Virus record (IMG/VR): IMGVR_UViG_3300045008_000062
Coordinates: 1 to 62,926 of that record
Reading direction: 5' to 3' (one strand)
DNA: 62,926 nt
DNA from: a virus
Lineage: Duplodnaviria; Caudoviricetes
Shown here: positions 1 to 9,552 of the stretch, in pieces
Numbering within the stretch: position 1 is the stretch's first letter
How the letters are laid out: every line of letters begins with the position of its first letter
Translations under genes and position numbers: made by a program
Notes under the pieces: generated by a model
Told to the model about the DNA's origin: nothing
What the model saw: only the letters and a program-made list of their open reading frames with translations
Database searches by the model: none

Positions 1-550
1 GTCCGAAAACGGGTGGCAGATACACGATTACGCCGAGCATCAGGAGACTAAGGCCGATATTGAGGCCCGCCGGGAGCGCAACAGATTGGCAGGTCAGAAG
101 GGTGGTTTAGCGAAGGGTAAGCGAGGTGCTAAGCGAGTTGCTAAGCCATCCGCTAGCGAGTCGCCTAGCGAAAACGTAGCAGAGATAGAGATAGATGCTT
201 TATCTCCTAAAGGAGATAAAGCGGTGGCATCTTCACGTGCAAAACCCCGGAAACGCATCCCCGACGACTACATGCCGCTACGCGGCACCATCGACAAGAT
301 CCGCTCCGAGTTCCCTGCCATCACGGACCCGCAACTGAAGTCGATGCATGAGGACTTCGTCCTGTACTGGAAAGGGCAGGGCAGGCCGATGGCGGACTGG
401 GATGCCACGTGGCTGAGGTGGATGCGAAAAGAGGCCGCGAAGGTCGTCCCCGACCGGAGCACCAAGCCCGCCGCTTCCGATGCTGCTTTCGCCCGAACTC
501 AAGCGTTGAAGCTCGTAGTCCCGGACGACGGGCGGAGGGAACTGGAATGA
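1..550 (+). CDS. RepA-like replication initiator, C-terminal part (continues in frame from 62715..62926)
   Basis: Frame open from position 2 (SENGWQIHDYAEHQ...) into ORF 86..550; C-terminal 'FVLYW...DWDATWLRW' motif typical of phage initiators; followed by a helicase-loader-like gene. Confidence 0.75.
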   Translation, partial: SENGWQIHDYAEHQETKADIEARRERNRLAGQKGGLAKGKRGAKRVAKPSASESPSENVAEIEIDALSPKGDKAVASSRAKPRKRIPDDYMPLRGTIDKIRSEFPAITDPQLKSMHEDFVLYWKGQGRPMADWDATWLRWMRKEAAKVVPDRSTKPAASDAAFARTQALKLVVPDDGRRELE

Positions 551-960
551 CCCGCAACGAACTGATCGACGTGCTGTCCGTGATCGCCGCCGCTACTCGC
601 CGCACAGTCGGTGAAACCGATGTGGAGATTTGGGGCAGCGTCATCGGCCACCTGGACAAGGATCTGGCTTTGGAGGCGGTGGCGATGCACATCCGGGAGA
701 AGCCGGGTGTGTGGTTGGAGCCGGGGCATGTGGTCGCTAATGCGCGGGGGATTCTGCGGGATCGGGCTGCGCGGTCTCCGTTGCAACTTGGCCCGAAGGT
801 TCAGGAGGGTCCGGTGAAGGCGGCGTATGACGCGGTGGGTGCGTTGTCGGTGGATTGCCCGGCGTGTGAAGCGCCAGCTGGTGAGTTTTGTGTTGGCGGG
901 AAGGGCAAGCCGCGGCGGATGCCTTGCCCGAAACGGATTCCCCGACAGGAGGCGTCGTGA
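547..960 (+). CDS. Helicase loader/inhibitor (G39P-like N-terminus) with C-terminal zinc finger
   Basis: ATGA overlap with initiator; 'LSVIAA..RRTVGETDVEIW' N-terminus; CPAC..PAG..C..PC..R motif. Confidence 0.55.
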   Translation: MTRNELIDVLSVIAAATRRTVGETDVEIWGSVIGHLDKDLALEAVAMHIREKPGVWLEPGHVVANARGILRDRAARSPLQLGPKVQEGPVKAAYDAVGALSVDCPACEAPAGEFCVGGKGKPRRMPCPKRIPRQEAS

Positions 961-1298
961 CCTACCGGGCTATCGAGGTAACCACAGACCGCACGCACGA
1001 GCGGGGTGGCTGGTGCCGCATCGGCAGCGTCTTCTACGGCGGCCAGGTCGCACTCGGTTGCAAATGTGGATGGCGCAGCAAGTTCACCGAGCACCACTAC
1101 CAAGCCGATAGCGAGTTCCTAGCTCACGCGGGGTTGGAGCGGTGCTGCGGCCACAGCAGCCTGGAACACGACCCCGCAGGCAGGTGTATGGGCCGTATCG
1201 AAACTGTTACGGGGACAGCGGCGCATATGAGGTTCACGGAGCCCTGCTACTGCCGGGGATTCCCTGGCGGTGAATCGCATTGGAGTGCCGCGTCGTGA
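957..1298 (+). CDS. Hypothetical Cys/His-rich protein
   Basis: GTGA overlap, GGAGG RBS. Confidence 0.6.
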   Translation: MTYRAIEVTTDRTHERGGWCRIGSVFYGGQVALGCKCGWRSKFTEHHYQADSEFLAHAGLERCCGHSSLEHDPAGRCMGRIETVTGTAAHMRFTEPCYCRGFPGGESHWSAAS

Positions 1299-1418
1299 TG
1301 CCGAGTCCGATTGTCATCCGTTGGTACGACGTGCCGTGTCCACATTATGAGAAGCCAGCCAAGGTCATGTGCGTAACTACAGCGGGCAGGAGTTACATGT
1401 TTGAAACGGAGGAATGAA

Positions 1419-1733
1419 ATGGATTGGACCGTGGACGAACACACCGCTAAGGAACTACTGATGCAGTACAGCGAGTGGCTGGACGGTGAAGAACTTATGG
1501 CTGGCCCTTCCATCACAAACTGGGACACCCATGAACAGCTCGTGCGTAAGTTCATCTCGGTACGTAATCCCGCTGCTCGTCCGAGGGTGTGGTGGTTCCC
1601 CAATGACTGCACTTGCGGACCTGGTGATGGATGCACTGAGTGTCCCACCAACTCGGAGCGCGAACGGCTGCCGCAGAGTGAGTGGGAGTACTTCAAGCAC
1701 CTCAACGAATACCAACAGGAGAAGAACCAGTGA
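1419..1733 (+). CDS. Hypothetical protein
   Basis: GGAGG RBS before ATG 1419; coupled to the next gene. Confidence 0.6.
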   Translation: MDWTVDEHTAKELLMQYSEWLDGEELMAGPSITNWDTHEQLVRKFISVRNPAARPRVWWFPNDCTCGPGDGCTECPTNSERERLPQSEWEYFKHLNEYQQEKNQ

Positions 1734-1885
1734 GCGGCGAGCTTCGAACGCATTGCGGATACCGCTGGGCAGCGAGGGGCCGGGAACACGAAGGGACTCA
1801 CATCTGCGCGTACCCGCCAGATGCCAGACATCCCCAGGATCATCGTTGCCGTTGCGGCGCTAGCACGAAGGACGGGAAAGCCTGA
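1730..1885 (+). CDS. Hypothetical small Cys/His protein
   Basis: GTGA overlap, AGGAG RBS. Confidence 0.5.
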   Translation: MSGELRTHCGYRWAARGREHEGTHICAYPPDARHPQDHRCRCGASTKDGKA

Positions 1886-2019
1886 TGTCTGAGTTCTCTG
1901 ATGCTTGGAAGACCCAACCTCGTGAGTGGACGGAAGTCCTCGACGCTGACGGGGATGTGATCGCAATGTTCCGTGACGAGCACTTAGCGGAGGAGTACGC
2001 GGAATGGATGAACGGATGA
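1885..2019 (+). CDS. Hypothetical 44-aa protein (not in ORF track)
   Basis: TGATG overlap; MSEFSDAWKTQPREW...EWMNG fills the gap exactly. Confidence 0.55.
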   Translation: MSEFSDAWKTQPREWTEVLDADGDVIAMFRDEHLAEEYAEWMNG

Positions 2020-2372
2020 GCGAGAGCGCAGCAGAAGTGATCGCGGCATCACTCAACACCGAGATCGTCGGACACTCCGGCGACTACAACGGCGGAAGAC
2101 TGACCTACAGCCGTTCGTTGGATCTAGCCATCCAGGGCCTCGACGCTCTCCGGGAAGCAGGCTGGGCCGTCGAGAAGCTGCCCGAACCTGACCATCGCCA
2201 AGATGCCACGGAGGACGAGAACGGGCGCATCGACTACGAATCGGGAGACGTGTCTGTTTTCGATGACGGCGAGATCCACGTGTGGGGTGCTGTCTGGGAG
2301 CCTGCGGCGGTGCGGCACTTCGGGCTGTCACTCCTCGCCGCTGCTGCGGTTTCCCAGGACGGTGAGAGATGA
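2016..2372 (+). CDS. Hypothetical phage protein (paralog of 54727..55074)
   Basis: ATGA overlap; 'LREAGWAVEKLPEPD...LLAAA' motif. Confidence 0.65.
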   Translation: MSESAAEVIAASLNTEIVGHSGDYNGGRLTYSRSLDLAIQGLDALREAGWAVEKLPEPDHRQDATEDENGRIDYESGDVSVFDDGEIHVWGAVWEPAAVRHFGLSLLAAAAVSQDGER

Positions 2373-2502
2373 GCGCCGACGTGTTCCCGGACTGTCTGTG
2401 GGCTTCTGAACGTCGTTTAGCGTCTCTCGGCGGTGATGTGTCGGGGGAGGGTGTTGTGGACGCTCTGGGGCCTTCTGGGGCGGCGGGAACGGACGGTGTG
2501 GC

Positions 2503-2721
2503 GTGATCCTCGACGGCGAAGCCTTGAACGTGATGGCTGGCTGCATCAGCCGCGGCGAGAAACCCACCATTGACACGCAGGTGATCGAGACCGACGTGTG
2601 GTGCGAGGAATGCCGCATGGATTCCGCCGCGCGGGCCGCCGTCACGGTCGTCACCCCCGAAGCGGTGTACGAGGCAGGCACCCTCATCTACTGCGTACTG
2701 CACGACAGGAGAGACGAATGA
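2503..2721 (+). CDS. Hypothetical protein
   Basis: ORF in coupled operon; CxxC. Confidence 0.5.
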   Translation: MILDGEALNVMAGCISRGEKPTIDTQVIETDVWCEECRMDSAARAAVTVVTPEAVYEAGTLIYCVLHDRRDE

Positions 2722-2939
2722 TCACCCGCATCCGAGATTGGATCGACCGCTACGAACATGGCCCTCTTGTCGCATCCTTGGTGATCATCCTTACGCCCGT
2801 GCTGGTCGCCATGCAGATCGTGTACACGCAGGAGGGCGCCCCGTGGTGGTTAGTTCCGGTGGCGCTGCTGGGTTTCCTGGTTCTCTCGGGGTGGATCTGT
2901 CTTGTCGTTGCTGCTGTCACAAGGTGGTTCGGGCGGTGA
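2718..2939 (+). CDS. Membrane protein (2 TM)
   Basis: ATGA overlap; two hydrophobic segments. Confidence 0.6.
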   Translation: MITRIRDWIDRYEHGPLVASLVIILTPVLVAMQIVYTQEGAPWWLVPVALLGFLVLSGWICLVVAAVTRWFGR

Positions 2940-3100
2940 CTGCTGTGGAGGAGCCCGACGAGATCTCAGCCCTCGTGGACTGGCAGCTCTCTAAGCGTGG
3001 TGTTTTGGACACGGTGATGTGGACGTGCCACAAGTGCCGGTGTAGGTGGCAGTCGGGTCCGATGTCCTGCCCTGAATGCGGAGAAAGGAAACGCAATTAG
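2936..3100 (+). CDS. Small zinc-ribbon protein
   Basis: GTGA overlap; CHKC...CPEC. Confidence 0.5.
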   Translation: MTAVEEPDEISALVDWQLSKRGVLDTVMWTCHKCRCRWQSGPMSCPECGERKRN

Positions 3101-3184
3101 CCGCGATTTAGTGGCCGTCTATAGCGTGTAATGCGTTGTCTACCACGGTATTATGTATGGAACACCAAATGCAGGGAGCCCGGA

Positions 3185-3499
3185 ATGAGCAGGAACGTAT
3201 GCAAGAACTGCGGCTCCACTGTGGAACAAGGCCCCTACGGTAGATGGCTCCATGCTGGAACTCGTGAACCGCGGTGTCTAGTTTACGCGGAGCCGTTCGC
3301 CCCCTTCGGAACTCCCATCGAGTTCCCTGGTGACGCAGAGGAAGGTTGCGGCTGCCATCACTGCAATCCGCAATATCACGGGATGCGGATGTTCCTGTGT
3401 TCGCAGTGCGGTAATAAGCGTTGCCCAAAAGCGACTTTCCACGGCCTGGAATGCAGCGGCAGTAACGCGCCCGGCCAAGCGGGGAGCCGGTACGCATGA
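3185..3499 (+). CDS. Hypothetical Cys-rich protein
   Basis: GGGAG RBS before MSRNVCKNC; 'MFLCSQCGNKRCPKA...SNAPGQ' motif. Confidence 0.6.
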   Translation: MSRNVCKNCGSTVEQGPYGRWLHAGTREPRCLVYAEPFAPFGTPIEFPGDAEEGCGCHHCNPQYHGMRMFLCSQCGNKRCPKATFHGLECSGSNAPGQAGSRYA

Positions 3500-3687
3500 T
3501 TGGACTTGACGAGTGTGAGTGGTGTGGCTGCGATCTCGATGACTGCCTGAGTGATCCATGCAGGGATCGTGCTGAAGCGCACGCCGAGGAGTACTACACC
3601 CCGTCAGGTTTGGACGAGTTCGCGCCCGAGACAACCCGTAACCATTCTCCTGCTCGTCCGTTGGCTCTATTCGAGGAGGAGCAGTGA
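3496..3687 (+). CDS. Hypothetical protein
   Basis: ATGA overlap. Confidence 0.55.
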   Translation: MIGLDECEWCGCDLDDCLSDPCRDRAEAHAEEYYTPSGLDEFAPETTRNHSPARPLALFEEEQ

Positions 3688-4034
3688 GCGAGCTGAGCGA
3701 CGAGCAGGTTGATGCTGAACTGTCGACGGCGATCTACGGCTACGACCCCCGCGATAAGTACCCGGAGTGGTCGCACGCGCAGATGCGTGATGCTTACCGG
3801 GCTGGCCGGGAGGATGCGCTGGCTGAACATCGGGAGTTGTTGACTGTTCGGTCGGTGGAAGAACTAGACGCCCTACCCGAGGGTTCGGTGGTGAAAGACA
3901 GTGTAGGGGTGATCTGGGAAAAGGATTGCGGGTGGTGGACTCCGGGCATTGATATGGAGCGTGTTGTTGAGCCGGATTGGGTTCCCGCTCTTGTTCTGTA
4001 CCGGCCCGACTGGCCCCTAGAAGAGAGGGCGTAA
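3684..4034 (+). CDS. Hypothetical actinophage protein
   Basis: GTGA overlap; 'VEELDALPEGSVV' motif common in actinophages. Confidence 0.65.
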   Translation: MSELSDEQVDAELSTAIYGYDPRDKYPEWSHAQMRDAYRAGREDALAEHRELLTVRSVEELDALPEGSVVKDSVGVIWEKDCGWWTPGIDMERVVEPDWVPALVLYRPDWPLEERA

Positions 4035-4043
4035 GGCGAAAAG

Positions 4044-4583
4044 ATGGCTACTACTCCTCGCCGATTGCGACCACAGGGGATGACTCTTCAGGAAGCGTTT
4101 GATTGGTATCCAAAGACTGAGGTGGAACCCCCTCCGCACCTGTCGACTAAGTGTTTGGCGTGGCAGGCCTCTGTCCGGAGTGAAAGCAACCCGTACGGGA
4201 ACTTTTGGTGGGGAAGCCGGACGGTCTATGCGCACCGAGTCGCCTACGAACTGGCGTACGGCGAGATTCCTGACGGGATGGTTGTCGACCATCGATGCTG
4301 GAATCCCCGATGCGTCAACCCGGACCATCTTCGGCTCGCCACAAGGAAGCAAAACAACGAGAACCTATCCCAGGTTCCGAAAAACTCTACGTCCGGAATT
4401 CGTGGTGTCACTTGGCATAAGGGTGGTCGAAAATGGCGTGCGCACGTGAAGCACAACGGCAAAGAAGTGCACCTAGGCTTCTTCGATAGCATCGAGGATG
4501 CTGATGCTGTGGCTCGCGCCAAACGGGCTGAGTTATTCACTCACGTCACCGAGTTTCCGCAGGCACCCTGGGAGACACCATGA
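4044..4583 (+). CDS. HNH homing endonuclease with AP2-like C-terminus
   Basis: 'AHRVAY...VDHRCWNPRCVNPDHL...N' HNH_3 motif; 'SGIRGV.W...KWRA...HLGFF' AP2-like domain. Confidence 0.9.
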   Translation: MATTPRRLRPQGMTLQEAFDWYPKTEVEPPPHLSTKCLAWQASVRSESNPYGNFWWGSRTVYAHRVAYELAYGEIPDGMVVDHRCWNPRCVNPDHLRLATRKQNNENLSQVPKNSTSGIRGVTWHKGGRKWRAHVKHNGKEVHLGFFDSIEDADAVARAKRAELFTHVTEFPQAPWETP

Positions 4584-4681
4584 CCGCCTGTGCTCATCTG
4601 ACTGTTCATGGTCCTACTTCTGCTGGTACTTGGGTGTGTAACTCGTGCGGTATGGAACTCATCTTCGGGGAGACACCATGA
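4580..4681 (+). CDS. Hypothetical 33-aa protein flanked by 14-bp direct repeats
   Basis: MTACAHLTVHGPTSAGTWVCNSCGMELIFGETP; GGGAGACACCATGA at both ends. Confidence 0.5.
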   Translation: MTACAHLTVHGPTSAGTWVCNSCGMELIFGETP

Positions 4682-4935
4682 GTGTCAAGGTCCCGATCTA
4701 TGTCAACGAGAAGCTTGTCGGTGAGATGGCCATAGTTCGTCAGGTGCGGAACCTTCCCCCGGGGAATGCGGATGATGACTGGCGCGCCTTCGAATACCGA
4801 TGGGAGGTAACTCAGACCTACCCGCATCACCGGAGAACGTCAGGAAGGTGTTTCCACACCCCGCGTGATGGGGTTTGGAAGCTGGTTGCAGAGGCCATGA
4901 AATCGGTTCCAGGTTGGGTGATGAACCATGACTGA
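4678..4935 (+). CDS. Hypothetical protein
   Basis: ATGA overlap, GGAG RBS. Confidence 0.6.
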   Translation: MSVKVPIYVNEKLVGEMAIVRQVRNLPPGNADDDWRAFEYRWEVTQTYPHHRRTSGRCFHTPRDGVWKLVAEAMKSVPGWVMNHD

Positions 4936-5106
4936 GCGCATAGAGGAATCCATTCCTGTTTGTAACTGCACGGATGTTCCATTCGCTGCTTTTGGTGGTG
5001 AGCCACACCGCCATTTGGGCTATCTGTCCAGCGATGAGAAGAGGCTGACGCCGACGAACCGGGCTGCACTCCGGAAAGCTCAACGCGAACACCGCAGGCG
5101 GTCCTG

Positions 5107-5295
5107 ATGGCTGATTATCGGGACACTGTTGGCAATCTCCCCGGAGGCCCGTACGAGGAGAACGACTGCCTTCAACGGGATTGCGGCACGTGCGGGGCTC
5201 CTGCCGGTAAGAGGTGCGTCGTGGAGACACTGCGCGGTCCGAGGCCGCGTCACATGCCATGCCTATCGAGGCTGCTGAAGCGGGAGGACCAGTGA
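5107..5295 (+). CDS. Small zinc-finger protein
   Basis: CGTCGAPAGKRC...HMPCLSR. Confidence 0.6.
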   Translation: MADYRDTVGNLPGGPYEENDCLQRDCGTCGAPAGKRCVVETLRGPRPRHMPCLSRLLKREDQ

Positions 5296-6197
5296 GCGAC
5301 ATCGTTGACCGCATCGACGAGCTGGTCGATGCCTCTCTGTCGGTTGGCCCGGTGGATGACTACAACGCCGACCGCTATGACCGCTGCCCGCATTGCTCCA
5401 GGCATTGGCATGGGCTGCCGGTCACGGAACGCATCGCGGGAATGTACTACTCGGGCAGGTTCGATGAGGACTACCGGGTTGACGAGGACGACTCTCGAAT
5501 CCTCTGCCGGGGTTCGGACTTCATCGGCCCAATGCCGGCTGAACGCCCGGTGTGGGGGGACACGCGTAGGCGTGTCACCGCGGAGATTGGCCCTGGCTCT
5601 CCGCGCTGGCTGCAGGGCCTCATCGTGGATACCGAGAACTATGTGGCATCGATGATGGAAGCCATGGGGTTACCGGCTGGGTACTGGTATCTGGGTTCTC
5701 GGAGGAACCGCTGGTGGAAACTCACCCTTCCAAATGATGCTGAGATTGTTCAGCAGATCACAGATTCCGAACCACCAACCACCACACTAGTGGTCGGCGA
5801 TCAGTCTGAGACGTGGCCCACGGAGAACGTCCACATCAACCACCTCGACGTTCCCGACGAGATCCGCCCGCAGTCCATCATCCGTGTTGCTCCAAGACGC
5901 GTTGAGTTGCATGTCCTAGTTGATGTGGCCCCCCATGTTGGCGGTACGTGGGAGCCGATGACCGCCCCCGGAGTCACGACCCATCCCAGCCGGGGCCTCA
6001 CGAGGGTTGGGCCTTATCCGTGGGATTTCGAGTACACACCCGTTGAGGGGCAGACGGTTTCGTTCGCCGCTAACGGCCGGGTTCTGACTGGCCGCATATC
6101 ACGGGTGGAGCATCCCAGCGACTGCGAAACTGTGATGACTGTTCGGCAGGATTCCGACGGGCCAGGGTGGCTCGCACTCAACGAGGAGAACCCCTGA
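5292..6197 (+). CDS. Hypothetical protein
   Basis: GTGA overlap, GGAGG RBS; long ORF. Confidence 0.7.
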   Translation: MSDIVDRIDELVDASLSVGPVDDYNADRYDRCPHCSRHWHGLPVTERIAGMYYSGRFDEDYRVDEDDSRILCRGSDFIGPMPAERPVWGDTRRRVTAEIGPGSPRWLQGLIVDTENYVASMMEAMGLPAGYWYLGSRRNRWWKLTLPNDAEIVQQITDSEPPTTTLVVGDQSETWPTENVHINHLDVPDEIRPQSIIRVAPRRVELHVLVDVAPHVGGTWEPMTAPGVTTHPSRGLTRVGPYPWDFEYTPVEGQTVSFAANGRVLTGRISRVEHPSDCETVMTVRQDSDGPGWLALNEENP

Positions 6198-6352
6198 TGC
6201 CGCTCGCCCAATTGCGTATCTGCGACCCCTGCAACAAGATCAGGTGGGCTCCATGTTCTATTGCTTGCAGGGTTCCTGATGGGGGACAACGGGATTCATG
6301 GCTTCCTAATTTGCAGGATGGTGCTGGTGAGATCCCCAAGGAGGCAGCGTGA
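6197..6352 (+). CDS. Hypothetical small protein
   Basis: TGATG overlap, GAGGAG RBS. Confidence 0.5.
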   Translation: MPLAQLRICDPCNKIRWAPCSIACRVPDGGQRDSWLPNLQDGAGEIPKEAA

Positions 6353-6912
6353 CCGAGGCCCACATTCTCTACCGATTCTTCGCGGCCGATGACACGCTCC
6401 TATACGTCGGCATCACTAACGACCCGCTGTCGAGATTCAATGGCCACTACCGAGATAAGTCTTGGTTTCGGCAAATCTCCAGGTCGACGATGGAGCACTT
6501 CGAAACCCGCCAGAAGCTTGCGGCCGCCGAAATTCACGCCATCAAGACCGAGAAGCCCAAGTACAACATCACCCACTCCGTTGCGCCGCTCCCCAATCGC
6601 ATTGGGGTCAAAGGTCGCGCATATGCCGCCAGGGGGGATGCAAGCAACTTCCCTCGACCCGACGCCATTGCCTGCGATGATCCGACCCCAGAAGAGCGTG
6701 AGCTACGACTCGATGCACTGGAGGAGCAGATCCGCAGAGCGCACGGATATCTCATTCCGGGTCGCCCCTGCCCGTCGTGCAACTCTCTACTTCTGACGCG
6801 TGAATACGACGGGTTGATCAAGTGTGTGTACTGCCTGGATATGTTCACCGATGAGGACCTTGACCAATCAGATTTGGAAGTGTTGAAGAGTCGACTGGAG
6901 GACGCGTCGTGA
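6349..6912 (+). CDS. GIY-YIG nuclease family protein
   Basis: 'LYRFF...LLYVGIT....RF..H...E..AI..EKPKYN' GIY-YIG signature. Confidence 0.85.
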   Translation: MTEAHILYRFFAADDTLLYVGITNDPLSRFNGHYRDKSWFRQISRSTMEHFETRQKLAAAEIHAIKTEKPKYNITHSVAPLPNRIGVKGRAYAARGDASNFPRPDAIACDDPTPEERELRLDALEEQIRRAHGYLIPGRPCPSCNSLLLTREYDGLIKCVYCLDMFTDEDLDQSDLEVLKSRLEDAS

Positions 6913-7577
6913 GCATGGATTTCTTCCTGGATCGCAAACTCCAGGCGGCACTTCAAGAGAGGCTGGCCACTGTGCCGGCGCTGGTTGAGGACCTGGTAGT
7001 CACCATCACCCGTCAGGCGAAAATCCAACGTTCGGGATTGGGCAGTCCCCGAAGGCAGAAGCCGGGATCTCGCCTGCCGTTCCACATCGCCGCGGCCGAC
7101 GCCGCTGACGAGCTGCACAACTCCCTCGTGACGTGGGTGCGGTTCGTCTGCGAGGAGCGCCAGGTCCACTACACCGACAGCGACGACGACATCACCCTGT
7201 CCCGGTGGCTGCGGCGGCACATGATCTCCCTCGCTCTCACCGAGGGGTCGGAGGAGGCGTACGACGACATCACGGCTCGGATTGACGAATGTCGGCGCCA
7301 GATCGACCTCCCGCCCGATGATGAGATCATCATCGACCGCGCGAGGGTTCATGAAGCCAATCGCCAGGTATTGACCGCGGGGCAGGTGGAGCGAATCGCC
7401 CCAAAATTAGGGGCGATGGGAAATGGCCTGAATAAGCGCCGGGTGGAAACTCTGGAATCAAGTGGGCGACTCAAATACTGCGCAAGAGACGGCGAGGTGA
7501 AGTTCTATCAATTGGGCGATGTTCTCGATGCCCACCACCGCCATGCGACACGCAAGCCGAGAAAGAAGGCGGCATAA
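6909..7577 (+). CDS. HTH DNA-binding protein, probable late-gene regulator
   Basis: Last early gene before a promoter/terminator gap; C-terminal 'YQLGDVLDAH' winged-HTH-like end. Confidence 0.55.
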   Translation: MSMDFFLDRKLQAALQERLATVPALVEDLVVTITRQAKIQRSGLGSPRRQKPGSRLPFHIAAADAADELHNSLVTWVRFVCEERQVHYTDSDDDITLSRWLRRHMISLALTEGSEEAYDDITARIDECRRQIDLPPDDEIIIDRARVHEANRQVLTAGQVERIAPKLGAMGNGLNKRRVETLESSGRLKYCARDGEVKFYQLGDVLDAHHRHATRKPRKKAA

Positions 7578-7700
7578 GCGACACGCCATAGCAAATGCTT
7601 GACAACAAAGCGCTTAGGTGCGGTCTGGGTGATAGGCTGACGCCGTCGGCGCAGGTACGTCCATTAAGCCACTCGTGTAAATGTCCGCGGGTGGCTTTCG
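7578..7700 (+). promoter_or_regulatory. Putative late promoter followed by a hairpin terminator
   Basis: GCGACACGCC 7578-7587, -10-like TAGGCT 7633-7638, stem AAGCCACTCG/CGGGTGGCTT 7666-7697 followed by T. Confidence 0.45.
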
Positions 7701-7750
7701 TCGTATCAGGAACCCCTCGGAGGCCGCCAGTGACCACATTCGCGCAACCC

Positions 7751-7930
7751 ATGTCTCTTGAACGGCGGATCAGTTTGGCTCTGGCGCACCTCCGGGCAGC
7801 CCGCTACGACTCGAATCCTCGGGATATCACGGTGGCGTCGCGGCAGATGGATGACCTGTTGGAGCGGATCGCCTGCAGACCGTTACGGGTGATCGACCCG
7901 CAGCTTGACGAGCACCTGACTGTTAGCTGA
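7751..7930 (+). CDS. Hypothetical protein
   Basis: ORF after the regulatory gap. Confidence 0.5.
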   Translation: MSLERRISLALAHLRAARYDSNPRDITVASRQMDDLLERIACRPLRVIDPQLDEHLTVS

Positions 7931-8014
7931 CGAGGCTATCAACCTCGTCGTGACCGCTATTCCACCGCTTCGAGCGGTTTGCTATCCCTCTCCGATCAGC
8001 CCTAGGAGAACACC

Positions 8015-8335
8015 ATGGATGATGAGATCCGTAACCGTTTGAAAGCCCTTCGGGACAAGCTGGCGCCTGTCCCTGGGTTTCCTCATGTTTTGGCGTCTGG
8101 TGCGGATATCGCTGAGTTGATCGACTGTTTGGTGGCGATGAACCCGAAGCCGAAGATCACGATCACGAACAACATCGCCTCCGAGGATCGTGCCGCGAAG
8201 TACGGCAGTGAGTGTGCGGCGAAGTTCGCGGATGGGCTTACAGGTCTGCCGCCGCGCCTGGTCGCACCTTTGACTGATGTGGTGAACAATCTGACGGTTG
8301 TTCGCCGCCCGTGGTGGAAGTTCTGGGGCAAGTGA
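8015..8335 (+). CDS. Hypothetical protein
   Basis: AGGAG RBS; C-terminal RPWWKFW. Confidence 0.65.
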   Translation: MDDEIRNRLKALRDKLAPVPGFPHVLASGADIAELIDCLVAMNPKPKITITNNIASEDRAAKYGSECAAKFADGLTGLPPRLVAPLTDVVNNLTVVRRPWWKFWGK

Positions 8336-8466
8336 TGAAGGGCAACCTTTGGCGTATCACCGGCCGCGGCAAGATTCACGGCCGAGACTGCTACATGTTC
8401 ACAACGACTGTGGCGGATGTGTACCGAACTTGGTTTATCCCCGTCGATGCGTTCTGGGGCAAGTGA
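8335..8466 (+). CDS. Hypothetical 43-aa protein flanked by 18-bp direct repeats
   Basis: MKGNLWRITGRG...DAFWGK; TGATG overlaps at both ends. Confidence 0.5.
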   Translation: MKGNLWRITGRGKIHGRDCYMFTTTVADVYRTWFIPVDAFWGK

Positions 8467-8693
8467 TGCCCGAGGTGCCGCGGGTCTCGGTGACTCACGC
8501 CTTATCGGGGATGGACCCGGAGCAACGCAAGTGGTTTGTGGCGGGCTTGAGTCTCGCCTACGGTGCCGTGTTCGATGAGTTCGCCCGCGAGGCCGACAGT
8601 CCGAAGATGAGCCTGAGCGCGGTGTTCGAGCGCCTACAAGAGCAGTTTGAGGCCGCGATGACCGAGGTTGCGATCAGTGAGTTCCAGCCGTGA
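8466..8693 (+). CDS. Hypothetical protein
   Basis: TGATG overlap. Confidence 0.5.
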   Translation: MPEVPRVSVTHALSGMDPEQRKWFVAGLSLAYGAVFDEFAREADSPKMSLSAVFERLQEQFEAAMTEVAISEFQP

Positions 8694-9118
8694 CTTCTCT
8701 GGCTGAGCGTCTTGCTCCTCACCTGTCTGGTGTGTTGGTTCACCCCGGAGACCCTGAGAAGGGCATGAAACCGTCGAACCTGGCCCCCCTGCCGACTTTC
8801 GCGAGTCAGGTGCAAATGCCGAAGGGCATGGCGGAGGATCTGGCGGAGCAGGCCGGCCTACCACACTCGGATTTCGCCCTGCTGTACACGGAGGCGTGGC
8901 TGCACCTCCTCACCACTGTGGGTGGCGTGGAGCTGGTGGATCAAAACGAACTCGCCGATCTTCGTAGGGCGGCGCAGAAGCAGGAGCATCGCCGCAACCA
9001 GATACTCGAGTTCCACACCCCGTGTGGGGCGACGATTCGGGCGATGGTGAAGGACTTCAACACCGACAATCCTGTGGTGCCTTGTGAACTGGTCAAACAC
9101 AACTGCGGGGCACGATGA
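8690..9118 (+). CDS. Hypothetical protein
   Basis: GTGA overlap. Confidence 0.65.
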   Translation: MTSLAERLAPHLSGVLVHPGDPEKGMKPSNLAPLPTFASQVQMPKGMAEDLAEQAGLPHSDFALLYTEAWLHLLTTVGGVELVDQNELADLRRAAQKQEHRRNQILEFHTPCGATIRAMVKDFNTDNPVVPCELVKHNCGAR

Positions 9119-9245
9119 TGCTGCTAAAGTTGTCGGTGCGCACGGGCCTATCCCGACATGGAATGTCGAATATGATGGGGTCGCCGTTAACAGGTCACTG
9201 GGGTCACTGCCCAAGGCCCGTGCGCCAAAGCTCCCGGTTGGCACG

Positions 9246-9431
9246 ATGACTGAAGCCCGCCGCGCCGTGGTTATGGCTTTTATCGTCACCACCGCATCCG
9301 TGGCTGCACTGTGCGCAGCGTTCGGTGGATGGCTCGGATTCTGGTCATTCGCGATCGGGTTCGTCGCATCCGCTACACCGAGGCTCATCGGGATGGCTAT
9401 CGAACGCCGCTACACCAAACGGCCAGTCTGA
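9246..9431 (+). CDS. Membrane protein (2 TM)
   Basis: Hydrophobic segments; start uncertain. Confidence 0.45.
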   Translation: MTEARRAVVMAFIVTTASVAALCAAFGGWLGFWSFAIGFVASATPRLIGMAIERRYTKRPV

Positions 9432-9552
9432 TGTCTGAGAAGCCTGACATGTCTTCCATGTCTGATGGTGAGCACACCAAACTGGTGGACGGCATCCTCG
9501 CAGCCCTGGAGAAGAATTTGGGTATCCGGGTCACCGCTTGGGAGCGGGTGAA

